The position numbers and the translations under genes are program-made. The notes beneath the pieces are model-generated. The model was not told where the DNA came from, searched no databases, and saw only the letters and a program-made list of their open reading frames with translations. Below are positions 61,101-64,000 of a stretch of DNA of 64,000 nt, piece after piece; the first letter of the stretch is position 1; each line of letters begins with the position of its first letter. Source of the stretch: Mantamonas sphyraenae STR306 (taxonomy: Eukaryota; Protista; CRuMs); contig JAPMXV010000027.1 of the NCBI GenBank assembly GCA_026936335.1, positions 161,533-225,532 of the forward strand. Reading direction: 5' to 3'.

Positions 61101-64000
61101 ACGTTCGGACGTCAGCGCGTGCATGCACTCAACTTGAGTGTGTCTCAGGGCGTGCTTAACCTTCCGGGTGCATCTGTCTCGGGGGTGGTATTTCAGCTCT
61201 GGCGATGGTATTGTCTGATGGGCAAACTGTTGATATGCAAGGCAACGTGACTGCCGCTGAATGCGGCGGCTTTGGACAGTGTGTGTCGCGCCAAACACGC
61301 ACTACAACGGGGCGGACACCCTTGTGTGTTTGTGGACGATCCCCGGCAACAGTGGTCTGGGAGAGTGTGCAGTCGGACGGCGCAAACGTGGCGATCACAG
61401 TTGTGGCTGTGAACGACGGCCCTGTGCTGAGTGTTGTGTCTGCACAGAGTGTTGCTGAGGACGTGGATCTGACGATCAACGGCATCAGCGTGACGGACGT
61501 GGACGTTGCAGGCCAACGCATTGCAGGCGAACGTGAGCGTGAGCCAGGGTGTGGTGACCGCAGTGACGACGACGGGCCTGACATTCAGTGTGGGCGACGG
61601 TGCGTCGGACCGACGATGAGCTTCACGGGCACGCTGAACCCAGGTGCAGACGCACTGGGTGTGCTGGTGTACCGCGGGGCACAGGATTACAACGGCGCAG
61701 ACACGCTTGTGTGCGCGTGAGTGACCTGGGCAACGTGGGTGTGGCCGGAGAGTTGACAGACAGCGGCAGCGTGGGCATCACGGTGACGCTGTGAACGACC
61801 GCCCTGCCACACACCTGTGGGTGGAGTGAACGTGGACGAGGACACGGATCTGACGATTGCAGGCATCACTGTGACGGACATTGACGTGGGCGGAGAGTCC
61901 ATGGAGATGAACTTGACGGTGACGCATGGTGTGCTGACGAGCGTGAACGCAGGCGGCGTGACGTTTGTGTCTGGCACGAGCAACGGAGGACGCAGTCTGG
62001 TGCTGAACGGCACGGTGAACGGCGCTGAACGCGGCCATCGGGCAGGTGGTGTACCACGGCGACCTGCACTTCTTTGGCAGCGACTCGCTCGAACTGAGCG
62101 TGCGCGACAAGGGCAACACGGGAGCCGGCGGTGAGCAGACAGACAGCCAGAGTGTGGCGATCACTGTGAATGGTGTGAACGACGCGCTGGTGATCACTCT
62201 GCCGAGTGCACAGAGTGTGGCTGAGGACACGGATCTGACGATTGGTGGCATCAGCGTGAGCGATGTGGACGTGGCCGGATTTGCGTTCCGAGTGAACGTG
62301 AGTGTGAGCGCAGGCAGCCCTGTGGCTGGGCAGCACGACGGGTCTGACGTTTGGCAGTGGCGACGGAGCTGAACGACACGTGGATTGTGTTTTGACGGGT
62401 CGATCACGGCTGTGACGCAGCACTGTCGAACATGGTGTACCGTGGAGTGACACAGTACAACGGAGCAGACGGGCTTGTTGTGTGGGTGTCTGACCAGGGA
62501 GCAGTCGGCAGCGGTGGTGAGCCAGGTGTCGAACAAGACGCTTGTGATCAACGTGGTGGCTGTGAACGACGCACCTGTGCTGAGTGTGCCTGGGGCACAG
62601 AGCACGGCCGAGGACACTGCGCTGACAGTGAGCGGCGTGAGTGTGGCGGACGTGGACGTCGCCGGTGGAGCGATGAACGTGAACGTGAGTGTGAGTGCTG
62701 GCCGAGTGTGGCTGGCGAGCACGAACGGCCTTGTGTTCAGTGCAGGCAACGGCAGCAGCGACGGGCGGGTGGAGTTCAGCGGCAGCGTGACGGATGTGAA
62801 AACGCGCTGGCGACAGTTGTGTCACTATGCCGGACAGTGCGTTCAACGGAGTGTGACAGCATTGTGGTGAGCGTGAACGACGGTGGCAACACCAGTGGCG
62901 GAGTGCTTGGAGAACAGTGGCAGCATTGTTTGTGACTGTGCTGAGCGTGAACGACGCGCCTGTGCTGAGTGTGCCGAGTGGACAGAGCGGCGTTGAGGAC
63001 ACGGATCTACGATTGGTGGCATCAGCGTGAGCGATGTGGACATTGCGGGCAGTCTGCTGCTGTGTGAACGTGAGCGCGCAAGCCAGGGTGTGGTGACAAC
63101 TGGGCAAGCAATGAGCGGCGTGACGATTGTGGACGTGAGCAGCATCGGGCACGAAGGATGTGCGCTTTGTGGCGACGCTGAACAACGCAAACGCGGGCGC
63201 TGAACAACATTGTGTACCGTGGAGACGCGCAGTACAATGGAGGAGACACGATCACGGTGACCAGTGAACGACCAAGGGAGCAAGTGGCACGGGTGGAGCA
63301 CTGGGCGACCAGCGAACGATTGGTGTGAGTGTGAGTGCGGTGAATCACGCACCTGTGCTGACTGTGCCCGGTGGACAAGAACGTGAAACGAGGAGACCGA
63401 CCTGACGATCGGCGGTATCAGCGTGGCAGATGTGGACGCAGCAGCCGGTGTGGTTGCCGTGAACGTGAGTGTGACGTCTGGTCAGATGTGGCTGGGCAGC
63501 ACGAGCGGCCTTGTGTTTGGTGCTGGCAACGGCAGCAGCGACGCAACGGTGCGTTTCACGGGCACGTTGACCAACGTGAACGCAGCGCTGACGAACCTGG
63601 TGTATCGTGGCAACGCGAACTTCCAGGGCACGGACAGCGTGGTGTTGAGTGTGAACGATCTGGGCAACACGGGCGCGGGTGGAGCGCTGGGTGACAGTGC
63701 CGTGATTGTGGTGACTGTGGCCGAAGTGAACGATGCGCCTGTGCTGACGGCACCGGCACTGTGAGTGTGAACGAAGACACGAGCAGTGCCATTGGCGGTC
63801 TGAGCGTGGTCGATGGCGACGTTGGCAGCGCGCGCATGCAACTGCGTCTGAGTGTGTCACAGGTGTGTTGAGCCTGGGTAGCACAAGCGGACTGTTGTTT
63901 GCTGTTGGTGACGGCGTGTCTGACAGCACGATTGAGTGCAACGGCACGGTGACGGATGTGAACGCGGCTTTGGGCAGCGTGACGTACGTGGCCAAAAACA
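2..64000 (+). CDS. Internal part of one giant secreted/surface adhesin-like protein made of ~166 tandem ~128-aa cadherin-like (Ca2+-binding, bacterial-Ig-type) domains; open at both window edges; interrupted by indels that are probably sequencing/consensus errors
   Basis: Frame +2 reads VNFDGSDTLSVATRDYGNTG...GVNDLIEF...ED...DSD from base 2, in frame with ORF 224..7120. Every long + ORF carries the same repeat, with VND[AG]P recurring about every 384-390 nt. Successive ORFs overlap or abut and resume the same domain after a small frame shift. No intergenic sequence, introns or non-repeat domains are seen. Confidence 0.88.
7050..8673 (+). CDS. Fragments of the giant gene (ORFs 7050..8402 and 8230..8673), domains ~19-23
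   Basis: Same repeat. There is an extra G near 8322 (SDLG/TKSMY) and a missing base near 8638 (WNVP/TTRTLDED). Confidence 0.8.
8628..13700 (+). CDS. Fragment of the giant gene, ~12-13 cadherin-like domains
   Basis: 1690-aa ORF of repeats. It shifts near 13438 (GLTF then LGNGTADSNMQLLG in the next frame). Confidence 0.85.
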   Translation: MERPTTRTLDEDTELTVGGGVINIADVDGSGGDIETRVTVDQGRVALANTNGLTFTTGTGAYDTQMIFTGTLDATNQGLYFFIYRPDQDFAGTATVTLWTDDRGNVGTGPSYQRQTTLQFVVNPLNDEPRLLNPIVGTQTVSEDTDLTLTGIGVTDNDVTTQMVEISLSASYGTLTLPTTTGFVFGVGDGIADATMKFNTTMANFNSSMSGSGIVYRGNAHYFGSDVISLNVSDNGISGLPGARTDSSTIVVSVVSINDAPLVTVPAAQAVNEDTDLTLSAATAISVSDVDVGGANVYMELNVTQGAITFVSTTGITFDNACTGTACAVAKLHADLTALNAALATIVYRPGSHYNGADTLGVYAHDNGVQGTGGQLQDYKTVALTVNAVNDAPTITAPGLQVVTEDEKRSLTGLISVSDVDVFANNLRLNLSVANGQLSLDSAVAGLTVVQGNVSADTDLRLLGTLTVLNNALNVLSYTPGLNFEGVDQLSMVIDDNGYTGSGGVLSTSVQMALGVNGANDAPVVNLPATQSVAEDVDLTISGISIADSDIGANQGRVRLNVSHGVLTVVSTSGLSFNLGDGSADTEMQFTGTITQLNLALSSVIYRNNIDYNGDDTILVEANDLGNTGVGGALTASRTLTVQVTPVNDRPAITPVGGVNVDEDTDLTIVGVQVTDIDVLDGSMEMNLTVTHGVLTSVNAGGVTFVSGTSNGGRSLVLNGTVTALNAAIGQVVYHGDLHFFGSDSLELSVRDKGNTGAGGEQTDSQSVAITVNGVNDALVITLPSAQSVAEDTDLTIGGISVSDVDVAGFAFRVNVSVSAGSLWLGSTTGLTFGSGDGVNDTWIVFDGSITAVNAALSNMVYRGVTQYNGADGLVVWVSDQGAVGSGGEQVSNKTLVINVVAVNDAPVLSVPGAQSTAEDTALTVSGVSVADVDVAGGAMNVNVSVSAGRVWLASTNGLVFSAGNGSSDGRVEFSGSVTDVNNALATVVYMPDSAFNGVDSIVVSVNDGGNTGSGGVLGDSGSIVVTVSSVNDAPVLSVPSGQSGVEDTDLTIGGISVSDVDAAAGLVGVKVAAAQGTVSLGSLSGVVFNAGDGVRDAFIDFNATLTNANAALNNLVYLGSQHLVGDDVIAINVTDYGNSGVGGALSDSASFVVTLSAVNDAPTVILPSSPSGNEDSNIAVAGISVSDVDVADNLLAVNLTAGSGTLSLVTFDGISLTGASTGTNDAVLAFAGNITSVNNALANILYRGDANFNGVDQIVVGVEDGGAVGTGGSLYAQASLAITVNGVNDAPTLQVPATQSVLEGTTVTMAGLTLSDIDAASGTMELQLQVTSGLLTLNGATTGLTFVTGGPSLNALMVFRGTLSQLNTSVSSLVYEPAQYFNGQDTVSVLLSDLGFTGIGGTLSTQGSFNITVTPYNNAPTIAVPGAQSTEEDTLVNIVGVSVSDIDAGATPVSVNASAANGVIVLASTTGITFTTGDNSGVALMRFTGTLTDVNTALATLAYTPNNNYFGTDTISVGVNDNGGTGEGGPASSASSFTVLVNAVNDNMNITVLGAQTVNEDTDLTLFGITLTDQDVGTNEILVNLTTNIGTLTLSNTTGLTFLSRQRDGRLQHAALGLAGHHQRRPARSRVPQFAQPERRRHTGHLGVRPWLWQREWHCDHQPESADHQRGPGERRTCAHTQPCLGFRR
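10185..15585 (+). repeat. Diverged copy of the full 14-domain super-repeat (A'-B-C-D-E'-H'-I'-J'-K'-L'-M'-N'-F'-G')
   Basis: Diagnostic motifs occur in the same order as downstream: TTGLTFVTGGPSLNA (I), NDxxNITVL and GFGSANGTVT (K), short GNTGGxAL loop plus FEG (N), NEE...NFQG...TVAEV (F). The span is 5401 nt against 5391 nt for the young 14-mer. Confidence 0.85.
13468..16848 (+). CDS. Fragment of the giant gene: diverged domains, then the start of the homogeneous array
   Basis: 1126-aa ORF. It ends at a 1-nt deletion near 16836 (gttgcggcgga vs gttgcgggcgga in other copies). Confidence 0.85.
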   Translation: MQLLGSLAIINDALHGAVYRSLLNQNGADTLDIWVSDRGFGSANGTVTISQKAQIINVAPVNDAPVLTPSPASVSVDEDSQLTLSGISVADVDVAASSLFFNFTVSRGSLSLGSTTGLLFTLGAGSGDKAMHFTATTTQFASAIAAAGLVYQPDPNYNGVDVLHLLVSDQGATGSGGALTDTATTVITVNAVNDGPTVVVPSSQSAVEDVQLTIAGISVSDIDAGASLVTVNASVSNGQIWLRNTTSLIFALGSGSADVDVRFRGTLTAVNEALSSVVYLAQSHYNGADTLVINVDDNGNSGSGGLLTASASVPLSVAAVNDAPVLTVPAAQSTNEDAAPLVISGISVTDVDAGANAMQFNMSVSSGTITIPTTAGLTFVVGDGVNDRFVSFTTSMTNFNTSMTTGGVAYSGDLNFEGTDTLLVVVSDLGNTGGVALTNTGSVTITVNAVNDAPLITVPGAQVVNEESDLLVSGISVADVDVATGSMSFNASVSNGIIRLGSSVPSLTSISGNNSASLSFTGSLTALNNALATLVYRGSVNFQGVDTLLLGVRDNGNTGSGGELSHAASVSITVAEVNDPPVLTAPSSATANEDVDVTIGGVSVADPDVGGGLMSFNISVSNGVLTLPNRNSGEVFVVGDGVQDGTIHLLGNVTTINAVSSAIVYRANENYNGPDTLSVFVSDRGHSGSGGALSDSANVAITVVAVNDGPVLSVVSAQSVAEDVDLTINGISVTDVDVAGNAFQANVSVSQGVVTAVTTTGLTFSVGDGASDATMSFTGTLTQVQTALGVLVYRGAQDYNGADTLVVRVSDLGNVGVGGELTDSGSVGITVTQVNDRPAITPVGGVNVDEDTDLTIAGITVTDIDVGGESMEMNLTVTHGVLTSVNAGGVTFVSGTSNGGRSLVLNGTVTALNAAIGQVVYHGDLHFFGSDSLELSVRDKGNTGAGGEQTDSQSVAITVNGVNDALVITLPSAQSVAEDTDLTIGGISVSDVDVAGFAFRVNVSVSAGSLWLGSTTGLTFGSGDGVNDTWIVFDGSITAVNAALSNMVYRGVTQYNGADGLVVWVSDQGAVGSGGEQVSNKTLVINVVAVNDAPVLSVPGAQSTAEDTALTVSGVSVADVDVAAER
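16845..27059 (+). CDS. Longest intact fragment (3404 aa): unique X/Y domains, A-G super-repeats and the first H-N cassette
   Basis: Uninterrupted ORF. It ends at a 1-nt deletion near 27008 (gggcagtgg vs gggcaggtgg/gggcaagtgg). Confidence 0.9.
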   Translation: MNVNVSVSAGRVWLASTNGLVFSAGNGSSDGRVEFSGSVTDVNNALATVVYMPDSAFNGVDSIVVSVNDGGNTGSGGVLGDSGSIVVTVLSVNDAPVLSVPSGQSGVEDTDLTIGGISVSDVDIAGSLLLVNVSASQGVVTLGSMSGVTIVDGAASGTKDVRFVATLTNANAALNNIVYRGDAEYNGGDTITVTVNDQGASGTGGALGDTRTIGVSVSAVNDAPVLTVPGPLQVSEDTGLTFSGISVSDLDVGSGLLEVRLNSSIGVMWLINNGGLVFTSECTNGRNCKYMRFQGTLTQVSAALSPMFYEGDPQTFGEEALVLQVSDLGNTGFGGENVVKSAINITVVNVNDLPVPIVPSVFTAFEDTQLNISGLSVTDIDSTTQYINITVEHGTIQLVQTQGLAIVENVNGTESINGTNQILKFYGSITSVNNAIHSFLYNPPPGYSGSDLILFNFHDQPGARENVETENIQLPIYITILAVNNGPVLSVVSAQSVAEDVDLTINGISVTDVDVAGNALQANVSVSQGVVTAVTTTGLTFSVGDGASDATMSFTGTLTQVQTALGVLVYRGAQDYNGADTLVVRVSDLGNVGVGGELTDSGSVGITVTPVNDRPAITPVGGVNVDEDTDLTIAGITVTDIDVGGESMEMNLTVTHGVLTSVNAGGVTFVSGTSNGGRSLVLNGTVTGLNAAIGQVVYHGDLHFFGSDSLELSVRDKGNTGAGGEQTDSQSVAITVNGVNDALVITLPSAQSVAEDTDLTIGGISVSDVDVAGFAFRVNVSVSAGSLWLGSTTGLTFGSGDGVNDTWIVFDGSITAVNAALSNMVYRGVTQYNGADGLVVWVSDQGAVGSGGEQVSNKTLVINVVAVNDAPVLSVPGAQSTAEDTALTVSGVSVADVDVAGGAMNVNVSVSAGRVWLASTNGLVFSAGNGSSDGRVEFSGSVTDVNNALATVVYMPDSAFNGVDSIVVSVNDGGNTGSGGVLGDNGSIVVTVLSVNDAPVLSVPSGQSGVEDTDLTIGGISVSDVDIAGSLLLVNVSASQGVVTLGSMSGVTIVDGAASGTKDVRFVATLTNANAALNNIVYRGDAEYNGGDTITVTVNDQGASGTGGALGDTRTIGVSVSAVNDAPVLTVPGGQNVNEETDLTIGGISVADVDAAAGVVAVNVSVTSGQMWLGSTSGLVFGAGNGSSDATVRFTGTLTNVNAALTNLVYRGNVNFQGTDSVVLSVNDLGNTGAGGALGDSAVIVVTVAEVNDAPVLTAPATVSVNEDTSSAIGGLSVVDGDVGSARMQLRLSVSQGVLSLGSTSGLLFAVGDGVSDSTIECNGTVTDVNAALGSVTYVANSNYNGADTLAVFVDDLGNSGLGGALNDTANVAITVVAVNDGPVLSVVSAQSVAEDVDLTINGISVTDVDVAGNALQANVSVSQGVVTAVTTTGLTFSVGDGASDATMSFTGTLTQVQTALGVLVYRGAQDYNGADTLVVRVSDLGNVGVGGELTDSGSVGITVTPVNDRPAITPVGGVNVDEDTDLTIAGISVTDIDVGGESMEMNLTVTHGVLTSVNAGGVTFVSGTSNGGRSLVLNGTVTGLNAAIGQVVYHGDLHFFGSDSLELSVRDKGNTGAGGEQTDSQSVAITVNGVNDALVITLPSAQSVAEDTDLTIGGISVSDVDVAGFAFRVNVSVSAGSLWLGSTTGLTFGSGDGVNDTWIVFDGSITAVNAALSNMVYRGVTQYNGADGLVVWVSDQGAVGSGGEQVSNKTLVINVVAVNDAPVLSVPGAQSTAEDTALTVSGVSVADVDVAGGAMNVNVSVSAGRVWLASTNGLVFSAGNGSSDGRVEFSGSVTDVNNALATVVYMPDSAFNGVDSIVVSVNDGGNTGSGGVLGDSGSIVVTVLSVNDAPVLSVPSGQSGVEDTDLTIGGISVSDVDIAGSLLLVNVSASQGVVTLGSMSGVTIVDGAASGTKDVRFVATLTNANAALNNIVYRGDAEYNGGDTITVTVNDQGASGTGGALGDTRTIGVSVSAVNDAPVLTVPGGQNVNEDVQLTITGVSVTDVDVGAGLLQVNVSVASGRVWLKSLAGLGVEAGSGSGDASLRVVGNLTSVNAALSEMVYQGNLHFVGADSVAIAVNDLGNTGSGGALDDAQSIAVTVAGVNDAPVLSVPSAQSGMEDTDIALGGISVSDVDVAANELVVDLQVSSGVLTLGGTTTGLTFVTGGPSLNAVMRFRGSLTNINTAMSSVVYRGNTHYNGADTVLVTVNDQGAVGIGGALSDAANVSVTVNAVNDAPSVAVGGAQNVDEDEVLGVTGISVADVDVAGTSMTVNVSVSRGVLTLGSSTGLVFSSGDGAADASMVFSGTLTSVNSALATLQYQGNLDFNGLDNVVVGVSDNGGTGAGGALSASASKLVVVNAVNDKVNITVLDTQSVNEDTDLSMYGISISDVDIGGDTMLVNVTVTEGLVSLGSTAGLTFTQGDGAADADVRFSGNLTAINAALNGLVYRGAQHWNGAELLRVWASDQGFGSANGTVTETEKLQVINVLAVNDAPVIGVTSSSVATAEDVSVNVTGLSVSDVDVMASAVSVNLTATSGVMTLGSTSGLAFTLGSGNSNKEMQFSGTLTAVNAALASGVSYVGDVHFNGADSIVMTVSDQGASGSGGEQTATATIAVSVSAVNDGPVLSVPSAQNAVEDTDLTIGGISVSDVDVAGSNVRFNVSVSNGRVWLASTTGLVFAEGDGVSDVRVRAEGTLTVVNAALASVVYHGDANFVGVDSLLVSVDDNGNTGSGGVLSASNVVSIVVASVNDGPVLSVPGGQSAVEDTTLVINGISVSDTDAGTGQMYFNVTSVNGVVTFGTTTGFTFVVGDGVSDSRVEFTASQQAFNASMIASGLAYRGNTHFEGADVITLTVNDQGNTGGSALNDTRTIAVSVSAVNDAPVLTVPGGQNVNEETDLTIGGISVADVDAAAGVVAVNVSVTSGQMWLGSTSGLVFGAGNGSSDATVRFTGTLTNVNAALTNLVYRGNVNFQGTDSVVLSVNDLGNTGAGGALGDSAVIVVTVAEVNDAPVLTAPATVSVNEDTSSAIGGLSVVDGDVGSARMQLRLSVSQGVLSLGSTSGLLFAVGDGVSDSTIECNGTVTDVNAALGSVTYVANSNYNGADTLAVFVDDLGNSGLGGALNDTANVAITVVAVNDGPVLSVVSAQSVAEDVDLTINGISVTDVDVAGNALQANVSVSQGVVTAVTTTGLTFSVGDGASDATMSFTGTLTQVQTALGVLVYRGAQDYNGADTLVVRVSDLGNVGVGGELTDSGSVGITVTPVNDRPAITPVGGVNVDEDTDLTIAGITVTDIDVGGESMEMNLTVTHGVLTSVNAGGVTFVSGTSNGGRSLVLNGTVTALNAAIGQWCTTATCTSLAATRSN
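17534..18297 (+). other. Unique, AT-richer in-frame segment encoding two atypical domains (X, Y) in place of F-G
   Basis: No other copy in the window. Bases 18001-18060 are 24/60 G+C (hand count), against 38/60 for array-type bases 11461-11520. It encodes TSECTNGRNCKYMRF and AIVENVNGTESINGTNQILKF. Confidence 0.85.
22902..25604 (+). repeat. H-N cassette copy 1 (7 domains, 2703 bp) inserted between E and F
   Basis: H NEDVQLTITG, I SAQSGMED, J NDAPSVAVGG, K NDKVNITVL, L NDAPVIGVTSS, M SAQNAVED, N GGQSAVEDTTL. Confidence 0.93.
27008..35966 (+). CDS. Fragments of the giant gene (ORFs 27008..31519 and 31488..35966): A-G super-repeats
   Basis: Near-identical 896-aa units, with breaks near 31498 and 35964. 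Confidence 0.85.
35965..40190 (+). CDS. Frameshift-fragmented A-G super-repeats of the giant gene
   Basis: Single-base indels near 37502, 38219, 38374, 38930, 39560 and 40187. The sequence is otherwise essentially identical to intact copies. Confidence 0.75.
40191..47629 (+). CDS. Fragments of the giant gene (ORFs 40191..45563 and 45560..47629): A-G units and the second H-N cassette
   Basis: 1790-aa and 689-aa ORFs of the repeat, with a break near 45522. Confidence 0.85.
44418..47119 (+). repeat. H-N cassette copy 2
   Basis: Near-identical to 22902..25604, with a net one-base loss near 45522 and a few substitutions (e.g. QNMDEDEL, GNTAG). Confidence 0.92.
47630..53292 (+). CDS. Frameshift-fragmented A-G super-repeats of the giant gene
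   Basis: A garbled G domain at 47.5-47.9 kb, then small indels near 48466, 49505, 50233, 51570, 52527 and 53281. Confidence 0.7.
53293..58489 (+). CDS. Fragments of the giant gene (ORFs 53293..57426 and 57365..58489): A-E, the third H-N cassette, then F
   Basis: 1377-aa and 374-aa ORFs, with a break near 57361. Confidence 0.82.
55201..57904 (+). repeat. H-N cassette copy 3
   Basis: Near-identical to copies 1 and 2, with one indel near 57361 and private variants (SDTAN, DSHVEF, ADMIT). Confidence 0.92.
58308..64000 (+). CDS. Heavily indel-corrupted continuation of the same repeat array (probably a low-accuracy end of the assembly or read)
   Basis: Domain order G-A-B-C-D-E-F-G-A-B-C-D-E-F-G is still recognisable at nucleotide level, but indels occur every few tens to hundreds of bases. 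Confidence 0.65.

Larger units (their letters stand above)
15556..64000 (+). repeat. Homogenised higher-order coding tandem repeat with a 2688-bp (896-aa, 7-domain) unit; 15 copies of the A-E core and 14 of F-G (last G partial)
   Basis: Near-identical shadow ORFs recur at exact 2688-nt offsets (18569/21257, 27667/30355, 33044/35732, 41105/43793). Domain starts: A NDGPVLSVVSAQ, B NDRPAITPVGG, C NDALVITLPS, D NDAPVLSVPGAQST, E NDAPVLSVPSGQSG, F NDAPVLTVPGGQNVNEE, G NDAPVLTAPAT. Confidence 0.95.

Noticed and set aside
299-63995. Many long minus-strand ORFs (His/Arg/Val-rich or Thr/Pro/Ser-rich, up to ~990 aa)
   Set aside because: They are antisense shadows of the repetitive, GC-rich + strand frame. 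They recur with the 2688-bp period, swap frames at the same indels and show no recognisable domain.
7040-64000. Pseudogene, programmed frameshifting or phase variation
   Set aside because: No substitution-type nonsense codons were noticed in the domain frame, and there are no consistent slippery or SSR tracts. Indels coincide with inter-copy variants or short homopolymers. The four shifts in the unique region (near 7042, 8322, 8638 and 13438) cannot be formally excluded as real without reads.
15556-64000. CRISPR array, satellite DNA or transposon-derived repeats
   Set aside because: The units are multiples of 3 and protein-coding, with no repeat-spacer structure, terminal inverted repeats or transposase/cas ORFs.

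Overview
The whole 64-kb window appears to be the internal part of one giant, intron-less, + strand gene. The frame is already open at base 2 and still in repeat sequence at base 64000, so no start, signal peptide or C-terminus is visible. It encodes about 166 tandem ~128-aa cadherin-like/Ig-like beta-sandwich domains (motif VND[AG]P...xED...DVD...NAALxxLVYRG...[YF]NGxD...DxGxxGxGG), i.e. more than 21,000 aa within the window. The first ~15.5 kb holds ~40 mostly diverged domains. From ~15.56 kb the gene is a near-identical higher-order array. Its main unit is a 7-domain, 2688-bp/896-aa super-repeat (domain types A-G); a second 7-domain, 2703-bp cassette (H-N) is inserted three times. A diverged copy of the full 14-domain unit lies at 10.2-15.6 kb, and two unique, AT-richer domains lie at 17.5-18.3 kb. 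The breaks between ORF-track fragments are mostly single-base indels. In the array they fall mainly where repeat copies differ, which points to long-read consensus errors rather than separate genes or a pseudogene. A positionally conserved N-x-S/T sequon hints at a secreted glycoprotein from a eukaryote or archaeon, but the source organism cannot be determined here. No RNA genes, mobile elements, CRISPR arrays or intergenic regions were found.
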